Shown here one piece after another: positions 13,036 through 25,735 of a stretch of 64,000 nt of DNA. The notes beneath the pieces are model-generated. The model was not told where the DNA came from. It saw only the letters and a program-made list of their open reading frames with translations, and did not search any database. Positions within the stretch are counted from its first letter, which is position 1. The number at the start of each line of letters is the position of its first letter. The DNA comes from Eledone cirrhosa (Eukaryota). A program made the translations under genes and the position numbers. The DNA is taken from NCBI GenBank assembly GCA_964016885.1, contig OZ024743.1:19530001-19594000 (forward strand). The letters are read 5' to 3'.

Positions 13036-13848
13036 CTGATTATAGCATGTAATTATAACATGAGCGAAGGAAACGGTAAAATATGGATTGTTTCGTAGTA
13101 TTATACAAGTATATCGAATACGTAAGTGTGTCTATAGTATTCTATAATGCGAGTGACATGTAAAACCGAAGCCTGGATTAGAAAGTTGTTTAAGATGAAA
13201 AGTGACAGCTTTTTAATGAAGGACCTGATAAAGACAGATTTTAAATAATTTGAGGTAAGATAGAAAATATAAGAGCAAAAATATGAACGATAGACAGATA
13301 ATGCCAAAGCAAAATAAAACCACTTAGTTGGAAGTATTAGAATAGATGATTAAATAAATAAATGTATGGATATATGCATCTATGTGTGCTTATGAGGATG
13401 TGTAACAAAATGAATATACATATTTCAATAAATATTAAATATGAAATAAATGGAGATATATTAAGATGATGTCAAATGAGGAAAGCAACATAAAAGAATT
13501 TGAAGTGATAGAATCAAATTATCATCATCAGAACCCCATGGATCACTAACAACGTGTGTTCATAATTCTCTCCCTTACACCATTCCACTTCTCTTATATT
13601 GTTTACTGCTAGCTTTGTTGTGGCTACATAAATATAAATGGTGCCGATGAGGGTAGCACTAGTAATTCTACCATATGGATATAGTAACGTAAAATCAAGG
13701 ACCCGCCATGACACACATTATTCTGTATGTATACATTCTTCCATTCACACAAACACACAAGGAAACAAACACACACACATACACTAACACACACAAGCGC
13801 ATACACACACAAACACGCACACACACTGCCCCTCTTCGCTTTCTTTGC

Positions 13849-14552
13849 TGTTGAAACCTCTATAACGGCGGCGAAGATTCGAAACCGAATCTGAGCTTTC
13901 CCGCCTCTGGGACAAGCAGAGGTAATTTTTTTACGCTCAAGAGACTAACCCCTTGGGAGAGGCTAAACACAGGTCAGAGGTATTTACGCCTGACAGAAAA
14001 TAGGTCAGAGGATATATCCATCTTTCTGACTTGTTTACGCTTGGCAAACTAATCCCTTGGGAGACTAACCAAAGTTCAGAGGATATCCTTCTAGCTTCAA
14101 CTCTTATAAATACAGGGGTTGTTTACGCCCCGACAGAAAAGGAGTGATATACAGACAAGACAAGTCGTATTTACAAGCTCTCGTCACAAAAAACCAGTCT
14201 GTCCCTTATTCTCACCTTCCTGGCTGATTGCTGACTCCTACTGCAATACAAACAAGCAAATATACTGATACGCACACACGCATTCATAGTGAGTTCACAC
14301 TGTTTGTATTTTTACACGCACCATTTCTGTTTATACATATTGTATCTTTCTGATACAGTACAAATTATATTATAATCGTATTCTGTGATACTTGAATTTA
14401 CGTGGCTCGAAGAGCAACCAAATTATTGTATGAATATTTTGTGTTATTGATTTTATCATTCAATATTCAAATTGAATATTGTTATAATAAAATAAACTTT
14501 GTAACAACACAATCCTGGTATTTTTCTTTACATCGAAACCACCATACCAACA
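13849..14552 (+). mobile_element. Probable solo LTR (~700 bp)
   Basis: TGTTG...CAACA termini, internal U3-like direct repeats (tttacgc..., cccttgggaga, tcagaggatat), TATAAATA near 14105 and AATAAA near 14486. Flanks TTTGC/GTTAC are at best a decayed TSD. Confidence 0.6.
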
Positions 14553-15050
14553 GTTACATCCATCCACTTATCGTTACACCTCGTTTCTGACACAGTTAAC
14601 TTCCGTTCCCTTTCCAAACCAACCTATCACCGGCTTTAATCACGCCTATAATCTCCGCGCGGTTCTTCAATATGCAAGCTCCTTGCTTTTATTCCTTTGG
14701 ACTCCACCCCGTTTCCGTCCATGCCCTCACCTCCGCTATTATACGTGTCTCTTCATAACCAATTTCAGCACCCTCACAAGTACACATCATTCCTTTCAAA
14801 TCAGTCACTCCTGCAACTACACCTCCACCAAACTTGTCTACGCTGTATGGTATTCCTTTTGCGGGTTTTTGTTCATCGGACAAAAAGGCCGCCGTTTAGT
14901 GATCAGATTCATAGAAAACGAGAGGGGTATACGACTTAAACATACCCCTCACCCCTCACTTCCATTCCTACACTTACTCTGATCAACTCCTTCATGTCTC
15001 TCGTCCCATTTCACCCTGAGGACCCCTCACCACTCGCATCAGGACCGAAC
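14553..15050 (+). mobile_element. Degenerate Penelope-like (Neptune-type) fragment: Cys-rich linker + GIY-YIG endonuclease
   Basis: FPNQPITGFNHAYNLRAVL, then RPCPHLRYYTC...SFQISHSCNYTSTKLVYAVWYSFCGFLFIGQKGRRLVIRFIEN, resembling the PLE pattern F.C.S.N.IY...C..C...YIG.T.R.L..R..EH. Confidence 0.7.
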
Positions 15051-16555
15051 AAATCTTATTGTCCGCCGTTGAACTACTTTTCCCAAATTACCTCAACAGC
15101 CATCTACAGTCTGTATAACCTCACTTTATCCTTGCTCACACACACACACACACGGATTCCAACCACTACGCCAATACACACACTTACTTCCGTATATACC
15201 ACCGAACACACAGCTACACACTACACACACATACTCCGCAAATGACGCCTCTAACTAACACATAGCTACATTATTGGACATCGGTCTCACCTCGAATAAG
15301 ATTTAGCTTCCTATGCAGACAACCTACATACACACACTTACAGTTTCGTCATATATGCATTCATTTTCATGCACGATCACTCTAACACCACTTCCAGTCA
15401 ACCTATACATTTAGATGCAGGCACGTGTTTATATGCGTACGTGTATACACGTCCTCATTCATCACACACCATTGACCTACCAAATTCTAAGGCGTTTGCT
15501 TCAGGTTGCTTGTGTGATATATTTCCTACGCGCGTGGCTGTATTCATGTGCTGGAACAGGGGCGCTGTTAGTGTTTAATGATTTCTAACATTTACTCCGA
15601 CTCTACTCCATTTCCCGGCGCTATCTGCCACCACGCATACAGAGGGCTGCATTTCGTATTTCAGCCGTTTGCAATTGTACCGGTATATCGTCGTACCAGA
15701 AGCTCCGTAGTTGTTTTTCTTTTTTACGGACATACCCACAACCTAAGACAGGACTAAGATTTTTTTTTCCACCGTTTTCTTTCTCTGCAACCTCTTGCGA
15801 AAGTTTGTACTTACGCTATGTGTACGCGTGTGCACACAACATTTCATATACATAGGTATACCTCCCTGCATTAGTTAGCTCACACTCACACTCTATACTA
15901 TCAACAGCAGCCAGCCCTCCAATGGTCTGACGTACATCCACTCACAGCTTTGCACAGACAAACAAACAAACCAATACACACACTGTCCACACGGATGGAA
16001 TATATCCATTTCAAAATAGCTCTAATATCTAAGATACCCTCTGACCACCATTTCCCCAAAATACCAGACTGAACACACAGATGGTTTCTCTCCAGAAAAA
16101 TATTTCACTGCTTCTTCCTCAATTCATTATCGTCTATTTCATATTTTATTTCTCATTTCGTCTGAATCTTTAATACACGTTGCCTACTATATCAAGCACC
16201 AACCTAATATCACTCTCCATTATACTGTACTTTTGTTTTGTAGTGTTACGTGTAGCTTTCGCATGCTTACATACATATCGTGTATATATATCATTTATTA
16301 TACACACATAAAATATCGAAGCTTTGGTTAGATTAGAAATTGTTACACGGAGAATCTAACCAGCTCATATATACTTCCGTTCTTACTATAACTATGCATG
16401 AGCTGAAAAGTCCTTCGGGTGAATCACGCGTCCTCGAATATGGTTTGATATTTTGTTGTGGAACTAAATTTATACCTAACTTGTCCTTTTTACTGAGTTG
16501 TCTACGAAATTCGGATCTAATCTCCCGTGTTTTTACCACTATATATGTATGTGCA

Positions 16556-16592
<37 letters not shown>

Positions 16593-17003
16593 CTGTGTTT
16601 GTGTGTGTGCCTGTGTCTGTGTTTTTGTGTACAATATATCGGGATGAGTTTGATATTTCACACTGGTGTATTGTATTAGAAAGCCAATCCACAAATAGGA
16701 AATTCGATTATCAATAAACCTCATAAGTTCTTCATATTAATTCTAAATTTATGTTTCACAAATATCTAAACGTATATAGATCTTCTTGAACACATCAATG
16801 TGTGCATTCGTTCATTCGAGTATAGTGCGGTTGCATTGACTAAGAATTGTTCAGATAATTGTGTCGGAACTCTGAATGTTCCAAAGATAGATACTTATGT
16901 TGTTCGAACGTTGAAGTAGCTCTCGTAGTGTTTTGAGGAGTTCCAGTGACAGAGTTTGTGAGAGAATATGCCATTTGAATTAGAGGTAGCGCTAATTTTT
17001 ATC

Positions 17004-17096
<93 letters not shown>

Positions 17097-17176
17097 TCTC
17101 TTTCTCTCTCTCAAGCGTGAACCTAATACCTAACACCTTTCGTATCTGTTCTCCGTGTTATTGATATTTACTTTTT

Positions 17177-17283
<107 letters not shown>

Positions 17284-18039
17284 AAGAGATATTTAATTTG
17301 TTGGAAATCCAACAAATATAGTTGTTTACAACTGATTCAAAGCACTCGACAGTTTCTGGGGTAAGTATTCAATTGATATTAAATAAATGGAAACTATATT
17401 TATGAAACCATATTTATTCTATTATATATATTTCAAGGGTACCAAGAATTTTGATACGCTATCATCAGATAAAATACAAAATTTTTTATAAATATTTGAC
17501 ATGACCAAGCAGGATATACCTTAACGGTTCAAGTTATCCCTGGAAAGTGAAGGGAAGAGAGGGGAAAAGTCAGATATTTAACATTATTAATATGATTATG
17601 CAAATGATGCGTATATTAAATAAGGACTGAAAAAAACGTTATTTTAGACGCTATGGAATATTTGAATATTTGTGATAAGGAAAGAAGAGAAAGAAGAGAA
17701 AGAACAGAAAGCAGCTGCTTACCAAAACACAGCGTTATTCAGATTCTGTAAATTATGTATTGAAGACATTTTTTATATAATTAATTGTAAAAACTCTATT
17801 AATATTAGAACAGAATTATTTAGCTGTTGCAAACATCGCCAAAATTCTACATTCAGAACTATATGTAAATTATAATATACATATAATATTCCTATTAATC
17901 TCCAAAATGATCTTATCTACTCTAACATTTTATATTTTTAATACTTTAATATATTAATATCTCTAAATCATAATATCTTCAAAATTTCTTATAATATATA
18001 TATATGTGTGTATGTATAGATATGTATTTATATAAGAAA

Positions 18040-19083
18040 TTCCAAACTTGGAAGCAGGGACTGCAAACAATGGGTACACAAGAGATGTAGCGGGATCTCA
18101 GGAAGTTTAATTAAGAATGTAGGCTTCACATGTAGCTGCTGTGCTGGGACAGCAAGCAGCAAACAGCCACAGGAAACAAGTACCACCAATCCCTGGGAGG
18201 GCTCTGTAGAAACAGTGGAGAGCTTCTGCTACCTAGGTGACCGAATTAGCAGCGGAGGTGGGTGTTCAGAAAGTACAATAACTAGGGTAAGAACGGGATG
18301 GAAGAAATTCAGGGAACTACTGCCACTGCTAGCTGCAAAATGAAAGGCAGACTGTATGATGCGTGTATCCGAACAGCAATGTTACATGGTAGTGAGACCT
18401 GGGCGCTGTAGGTGGAAGATTTACGTAGATTAGAAAGAAACGAAGCCTGCATGCTCCGATGGATGTGTAATAGTAATATACGCGAACGGCAAAGCATAAA
18501 TGAATTGAGAGAGAGACTGAGCATAAGAGGAATCAAATGATGTGTGCAGGAGAGGCGGTTGCGTTGGTATGGACACGTGATGCATATGAAGGATGACAGC
18601 TGCATAAGAAGGTGCAGAGCACTAGAAGTCAATGGAAACCGCGGAGTGGGGAGACCCAAGAAGACCTGGGATGAAGTGATAAAAGCCAACCTTATCCAAT
18701 TACACCTCTCAAAGGCGATGACACGCGACCGTGACCTCTGGCGTCACGCAGTAATACAGAGTACCCGACCTCCCATGGTTACAAGCTGAAGCATATAGAT
18801 AATATGTCCCCACACCCTTCCACTGCAAAGTGGTCGTGAAGGTGCCACGGCAAAAAAGCACCCAGCCACACACTGTAAAGTGGACGTGTAGGCGCCACGG
18901 AAAAAGCACCCAGCACTCACTGTAAATGAGGTTGGTTTTAGGAAGGGCATCCCGCTGTAGAAATCAAGCCAAATTCAGTTCCTGTATGAGCAAGGCATGG
19001 TCAGCCGACCAGACACTGCCCACAACAGGACAACACGTCTAACCCATGCTAGCATGGAAGACCGGACGTAAAACGGTGATGAT
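18040..19083 (+). mobile_element. 5'-truncated RTE-clade LINE
   Basis: VESFCYLGD, GWKKFRELLPLL, AMLHGSETW, RRLRWYGHV, RGVGRPKKTW. The 3' end ggacgtaaaacggtgatgat is typical of RTE (GAT)n tails. Confidence 0.88.
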
Positions 19084-20121
19084 CTATTTATGTACTTTTA
19101 CATTATGTACTTCTATATAATTCTAATTTTAATTTTAATTCTTTTAAATTCTTTAATTCTTTTTTTTTATTTTTTATTCTTCTAATGACACCCTCTAAAG
19201 CTTTATTTTTCTAATAACACCCTCTAAAGCTAATTTGTAAATGTAGATTAATAACCATTAACTGTTTTAAGTAAAATATATCCTATTCAGGATGGTATTT
19301 AATTATTCATATTCTTTAGAATAAATAATTAATCCCACACTAGCGATTAATAAAAAAGATTGGAGTTATCTTTCATTCTTTCAATCATAAAAAGTTTTTA
19401 TACATAACTCCGTTAATTTAACATTATAAATTGCAACTACCTATTTAACATTATAAATTGTAACTACCTATTTATATACATACAATCATAATCTCTAGAA
19501 ACTATATTAGGAACAAATGCCTATTTATTTTACTTATTTACATCCCTCGTAACTCATATTATAAACAAACTATCCTTTAAAAGAAACACATACGTTATTA
19601 TTAAAATACATATATAGATATTTATATATTATTATAATAAGATAAATAATTCTCCATATAAATATAGATAAATGTCTGAATATATTCTCTCTAAATTAAC
19701 GTTCAAGTGGTCTTCCTTTTCCTTTTTATTTCTTCTTTATCAATTTTAGTTTGATAATTTATATAGCTTCGTTAAATTAACGATATCCTGAAAACATTCT
19801 CAATGTTGAACATTTTTGAATCCCCCAAAAATGTTTGAATCCACAAATTATTCTAATCTCACAACTTGAAAATAAAATTTTCAATATCCTTCGTAACTCA
19901 TATTTGATTAGATAAACAATCAATGCATACGCAAATTACTAATATACATAGAGATATTTATTTACATATCACTTATCATAATGTAATAAGATAAAAATAC
20001 TTACAAACATAATTCTTCATATAATTTTATAACTCATAATATTGGTAACAGAAATCTTTTCCCCCACATTAACGTTATTCTTTTCTCTTTTTTTTTCTCT
20101 TTCTCTTTCTCTTCTTCCCTC

Positions 20122-20351
20122 TGCGGTTAGAAAAAGCTATCTCACTTACCGCTTTTCATAGGCTCCGCTAAATCCTATGGCTTCTTCCACGTGCGTCCAA
20201 CTCATTAACACCCCGGAGCTGCCAAACTCGCGCCCACACCGTTCCTGGCCCTTCCGGTCGAGCACCCTTCCGGCCAAGCACCGTTCCGGTCATCCGTTTC
20301 CGGTCGCGCACTCCCTAGCTCCCGGCCACCGCACACCACACCATACCAACA
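20122..20351 (-). repeat. 3' LTR of Gypsy element
   Basis: Aligns to 24066-24320 with substitutions and indels; preceded by the PPT on the minus strand. Confidence 0.9.
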
Positions 20352-20364
20352 CTCCCCCCTGATC

Positions 20365-23170
20365 TCAAGGATCAATTTCCCCCTTGTCCTTCTTCATATG
20401 AAAGTCTGCTGTCCAGGTTGGTGGTTTGCGACTTCTTTGCGATCTCCGCAGTGTTGGGGCGGCACTTTGCGTTTCCTCTTCCTCGGAGTTCGTTGACACA
20501 GGGATTCTACGGACATCCAGGACATGACGTGGTACTCCGTCCACGGACACATTGTTCTGGGAATTTACGGCCGTCACCGTTCCCCTTCGCCATTGAGATG
20601 TGCAACGTGCATCTCGGGGCTTAACCCAGACTTCTTCGCCCACCTGCAGGAATGCATTCTCTCTCCCCACTGGCAGTTGTGGTGGTGTGGCGGGTGCCGC
20701 CACTCGTATCTCAATACTGCTCTGTGTGGCACCGATTCCTCAACCTGTCCCATCCGAGGGGACATGCTGTACCAGAACACTCACTCCATTGGTGAGATAT
20801 TGCCCCGCTCCGCCATTGCCTTGATCGTCCGGTGGTGTCGCTCCACAATTCCATTCCCGCTCGGCCTGTGCGCTGCTCTGAAGAAACGGTCCACCTTCCA
20901 TCCATCGATCATCTCCCACAGCGCCTCCGAGCGGAACGCTTCGCTGTTGTCTATCAGCAGTTCGTCCACAGGGCCCCGCTCCAAGAACACCTCTCTCAAC
21001 GTCCGCATGATTTCCTCGGTCGTTCCAGTCTTCATCTCCCTCCATATCGCCATCCGTCCTCGTCCACAGTCGACCATCGAGAGGTACGTTCCCTGTCGGT
21101 AGTGCGTTACATCCACCGCCAATCGCTTCCAGTGGCGATCCACCGGGAGGCTTCCCGTTTCTTGCACACTCGGGGCGGGATCAATGGACTGACATCGGAC
21201 GCAGCCTCTAACCACCCTTGAACACTGTGTCTGTTAACGTCCGAGCGATTCTCCTGGCTAGGAACAGGGTCCTATCCACTCCCATGGGGTGCATGTCATG
21301 CAATCCTTTCAGATCCGACTCGGTCAGCCGACACACGGCAGCTATCTCCTCTTCTACCACCTGTGGCGCTTCCATCCAGGCTTTCTTCACCCTGGTTAAG
21401 ACGTCCGCCCTATTTTTCCCTGAGGGCACGAAAACTATGCTCAGCCTCAGCTCGAACTCGATGGCCAGCTCTCCTAAAGTTCCCAGGCGGCGCTTTATCA
21501 GCATCTCCACCGCCCCTCTAGTTCTCATTCTCTTCTCACTGGTGAGCACTGATCTCACCCATCCGAGTACAGTAGCCGATCGGTGCGTATCTCGATGGTG
21601 CGCAGTCCCCACCTCAGGGCGAGGTTCACCCCTCTCAACACCGCGTCCAGTTCGGCCACATTGATGTGGTTGCAGTCGTCCTTCTTCCTAAGCCAGGCTG
21701 CATCCTCGACCTCAACACCTCCTATCTCCAACGTGACACCCAGCGCTATGCTGCTGGCATCGCACCATACGGTCCGCTCTGCGATTTGGGAACATACCAG
21801 CGTCCCCGCACTGGGTCGTCGGCCTTCACCCTCTCCACGATCTCCTGCATCATGGCCACCGTCCTCTCTCCCACTCTGTCGCTCCAAGACACCCCTCCCG
21901 CTCGTCTCTTGACATAGCTGCATGCCGTCCGGAGCCACACAGCAATCGGATAGTGACCCACCAACTTTCAACACACCGAGAAAAGCTCCCGCCTACTCAT
22001 ACTTGGGCCCAGTTCTGGAACTTCATTTCTCCTCTGGAATACCAAGACGCCCGTCCTGTCTCGCCGTAGCCTAAGTCCCAGCGCGGCTCCTCTCTCCAAC
22101 GCTTCTGACGGCGTCGCAGCCAGTCCATAGCCCTGTAAATGGCTCGTGACCTCCGTCGCCGGCACTACAGACTCGTCCACTAGGATGTCGTCAATGTAGG
22201 AGTTAGTGGCCCTCTTCATCTTGTCGGCCTTTCCCAGAATGGTCTTGAGGATCGCCGCCATGATCTTCGGTGCGGAGCTCAGCCCGAAACCGAGCCTGGT
22301 CAGGCAATATGTCCGGCCCTTATACCCGACCAGCTGATACTGCCTGAGCTTCTCATCTATATGCAATTGCAAGTATGCCGACTTTAGAACTACGATTGTT
22401 GAACCCCCCGTCATGCGTCTCTACTCATGCAGGGTTTCCCCACAGACATCCGTGACCTCGCCACCCGTGTGGCATGACACGTGCTCGTTAAGCTCCCGAA
22501 AGTCCAGTACCGGCCTCACGTTGTTCTTCGTGGGTGGGTTGCGCCACCGCCATTAACGGCAATACTCCGCACTTCACCTCCTTTTTTCCAGGGAAGCAGT
22601 ATGCCCTCCTCAATCCATCGCTCTACCTCTCGCACGAACTCGCTCCTAATCTCTCCCTTAAATGTGTGTTGATAGCAGCCCGCTTTGGTCTTCAGTGTTG
22701 GTGGTTCTCCCTTCCAGTACCACTCAACAACCCATCGCTGCCCATCGAACACGGGCTTGAAGTCTTTGTCCTGCACAGTGTAAGCGGGGTATTTCTCCTC
22801 GCGGGCCTTCTGGTTCTCCTATCGCGTACTCACAGCGCATACCGATGCAGCGCCGCCAAACGATACACCGACGTTGTTCACTGTGACGCCTCCTAGACGG
22901 CCAATTGCGTCCATGCCCATAACCACGGCGATCCCATCCACCATGTTGTCAACTACGATGGCAGAAAGCCTTATTTCCCTTCCCCGTGCCGCCATCTCCA
23001 CCTCGCTGCGACCTCGGCATTCAATTTTCCTACCGTCGACTGCCCTTACGCTGCTCTCCCCTCTCCACCTCTGTGTCACCACCGCGATCACCAGTGTCGT
23101 CGTACAGCCCGTGTCCACGAGAGCTCGCTGTGGCTTTCCCTTCACGAAGACTTCTACCACGGGCAGCGCC
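20365..23170 (-). pseudogene. Gypsy pol: protease, RT, RNase H, integrase
   Basis: ALVDTGC (protease); LGFGLSSAP and YIDD (RT); WCDAS, HINVAELDA, IRTD (RNase H); H..H..C..C with LAVDVTH / LLIDN / GIVER (integrase DDE). Split over several frames. Confidence 0.9.
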
Positions 23171-23171
23171 T

Positions 23172-23933
23172 CTACTCGTAAGGGGCAACAACCGGCGCAG
23201 TAGTTCCCCTTGGATCGTTTCCCTGGTCGCAGTTAGTAGCGATGTGGCCTGGTTGCTTACAGCGGTAGCATATTATTTCCGGCCTTGACTCTCTACAGTC
23301 TCTCGCCATGTGCGGGCCCTGGCACCTAAAACAGCGACCTCTAAACGTTCGCGGGCGACCGCGTGCCGTGGTTGGCTCCCTTTCACCATTTCGCTGCCAG
23401 CTGTCTTGAGCCTCTGTAGTTGCTGTCGCCGCGACACTCTTCTTGGCATATTCTGCTATGATACGGGCTTGCTCCACCAGTGAACGCATCTCCATTTCTT
23501 TGTAACCCGGGACTTGCTGCAGTTTCACCGCTATGTCGTCTGGAAATCCATTTATGAACGCCAACCGCACCGTGCGTTCGCATTCCACCTGATATCCAGC
23601 CAACATGGCCAATCGCCGTATTTCCGCTGCGAAAATGTCAACACGTTCACCGTTCCATCTAATTCTTGCCAACTTAGCAAAAGCGGCTAACGGTCCCTCT
23701 GCGAACGCTTCCATCATGCGCTTCTCACTCTTTTGCGCATCCCTTTGGCTGTGTTCATCCAACTCAAGGAAGAGTACCAACGCGTCCCCCTCGAGCTAAA
23801 GTGCCATGAGGCCAGCCACATCTTCTATCTTATGTAAGCTTGAGACCAGCCGGACTTTTCGCAGCCAGGCGTCAACATCGCCTTCAGCGATAAATGCCCT
23901 AATCGCTTCGCTCGTTGGTAGTCTCGTCGTCAT
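23172..23933 (-). pseudogene. Gypsy gag with two CCHC zinc knuckles
   Basis: ATG at 23933 (MTTRLP..GDVDAWLRKV), one internal stop, CFRCQGPHMARDC and CYRCKQPGHIATNC. Confidence 0.88.
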
Positions 23934-24065
23934 ATCCTAATTTGTGTTGCGGTATGTAATAAAAAAAAAACAGACTCTTCTCTGTTTTTCCAGTAGCTTT
24001 GTTTTCGAGAATTTTTTTTTTTTTTTTTTATCAATCAGATCTCAGTTTCCAGTGCCGAAATAGCT

Positions 24066-24320
24066 TGTGGTTAGAAAAAAGCTATCTCACTTACCGCTTT
24101 TCATAGGCGCCGCTAAATCCCATGGCTGGTTTCTCCTCTTACACGTGCGTCCAACTCATTAACACCCGGGAGATGCAAAACTTGCGTCCACACCGTTCCT
24201 GGTCACCACTAGAGAGAGACCAATCTGCTGGCCCTTCCGGCCAAGCACCGTTCCGGTCAAGCACTCTTCCGGTCGAGCACTCCCCAGCTTCCGGCCACTG
24301 CACACCACACCATACCCACA
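24066..24320 (-). repeat. 5' LTR of Gypsy element
   Basis: Direct repeat of 20122-20351. Confidence 0.9.
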
Positions 24321-24658
24321 AGTATTTTAATTTTCCATCACAAGTATTTTAATTTTCATCACAAGTATTTTAATTTTCCATAGCGTCTAAAATAACGTTT
24401 TTTTCAGCCCTTTAATATACACATAATTTGCATAATCATATTAATAATGTTAAATATCTGACTTTTTCTCCTCTCTTCCCTTCACTTTCCAGGGATAACT
24501 TGAACCATTAAGGTATATCATCCTTGGTCATGTCAAATAATTATAAAACATTTTGTATTTTATCTGATGATAGCGTATCAAAATTTGTTGTAACTTTGAA
24601 ATATATATAATAGAATAAATATGGTTTTATAAATATAGTTTCCATTTATTTAATATCA

Positions 24659-24725
<67 letters not shown>

Positions 24726-24855
24726 ACACTTGGGGAGGGTCATATTGTCGTAATAATATTGCCAGAAATAATAACAGAACACACTCACTGTTTGGTTGGT
24801 TTCGCTTCTGTATATTTTATATCTCGATAGTTAATTTATTTGGCAATCAACGTTT

Positions 24856-24886
<31 letters not shown>

Positions 24887-24894
<8 letters not shown>

Positions 24895-25637
24895 ATAAAT
24901 TAACGGAGCCATAGGCCCTCGCTATTCCCTGTAAATAATGTGCTCAAAGAGGAGGAGATATCCTGAGCTCTTTAAAATACAATATGTTGAAAAGGTAACA
25001 CACTAGAGAGACATATACAGTGCGCTATCAATAAAACTGAAAAAAACAAAAAACCCACCAGTGTATGGAATCTATAACCTATGAAAGGCAGACTATAGAC
25101 ACGATAATTAAAAATATAAATTAAAGCGTAAATAAATACCTTTATAACTATATAACACACGTACAAATCCAAAGATACTAATCCAAAGATATGTTTCACC
25201 AGCAATTTGTTGAAAGAAATGGATTAACCTCGGTTCATCACCGTGTGTAAGGCCATACATTTCAGACAACACTAACAGAATGTTAAAAGTGACTGTCCAT
25301 CTACACGTGGGAGAGAGAAGTCACAGCGTCTTTAAGGGCAATTAACCAGTGGCCTATGAGGGACGAACTGCTAGTAAGGGCAGCCCAAAGCCACTCAGAG
25401 AAGTGTGCTCAACCAAACAGAGAGATAGGAAAGACTGTTATAAGGAGCGAAATATCACGATAAATTAACGGAGCCATAGGCCCCCGCTATTCCCTGCTAA
25501 AAGGAGGAGAAATTTTGAGCTCTTTAGTCTGCCTTTCATAGGTTATAGATTCCATACACTGGTAGTTTTTTTCCCTGTTTTATTGATAGCGCACTGTATA
25601 TCTCTCTCTGGTGGGTTTCCTTTTCAACATATTGTAT
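24887..25637. repeat. Non-coding element with A-B-spacer-A-inverted B architecture, bounded by (AT)n
   Basis: A: 24887-24974 repeated directly at 25452-25526. B: 24977-25095 repeated inverted at 25525-25637. Confidence 0.75.
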
Positions 25638-25659
25638 ATATATATATATATATATATAT

Positions 25660-25731
<72 letters not shown>

Positions 25732-25735
<4 letters not shown>

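Larger units (their letters stand above)
20122..24320 (-). mobile_element. Compact Ty3/Gypsy LTR retrotransposon (4.2 kb), frameshifted
   Basis: Direct LTRs 20122-20351 and 24066-24320 (TG...CA), PPT GAGATCAGGGGGGAG next to the 3' LTR, and gag-PR-RT-RH-INT domain order. Confidence 0.93.
17370..24662 (+). mobile_element. 5'-truncated Naiad-type Penelope-like element N1 with inverted terminal pLTR copies, hosting RTE and Gypsy insertions
   Basis: ~300-bp inverted repeat 17370-17676 / 24358-24662. C-terminal FCKLCIEDIFYII..SINIRTELFSCCKHR (ORF 17672..17875). Decayed hammerhead core CTGATGA..AAAA at 24560-24593. Confidence 0.7.
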
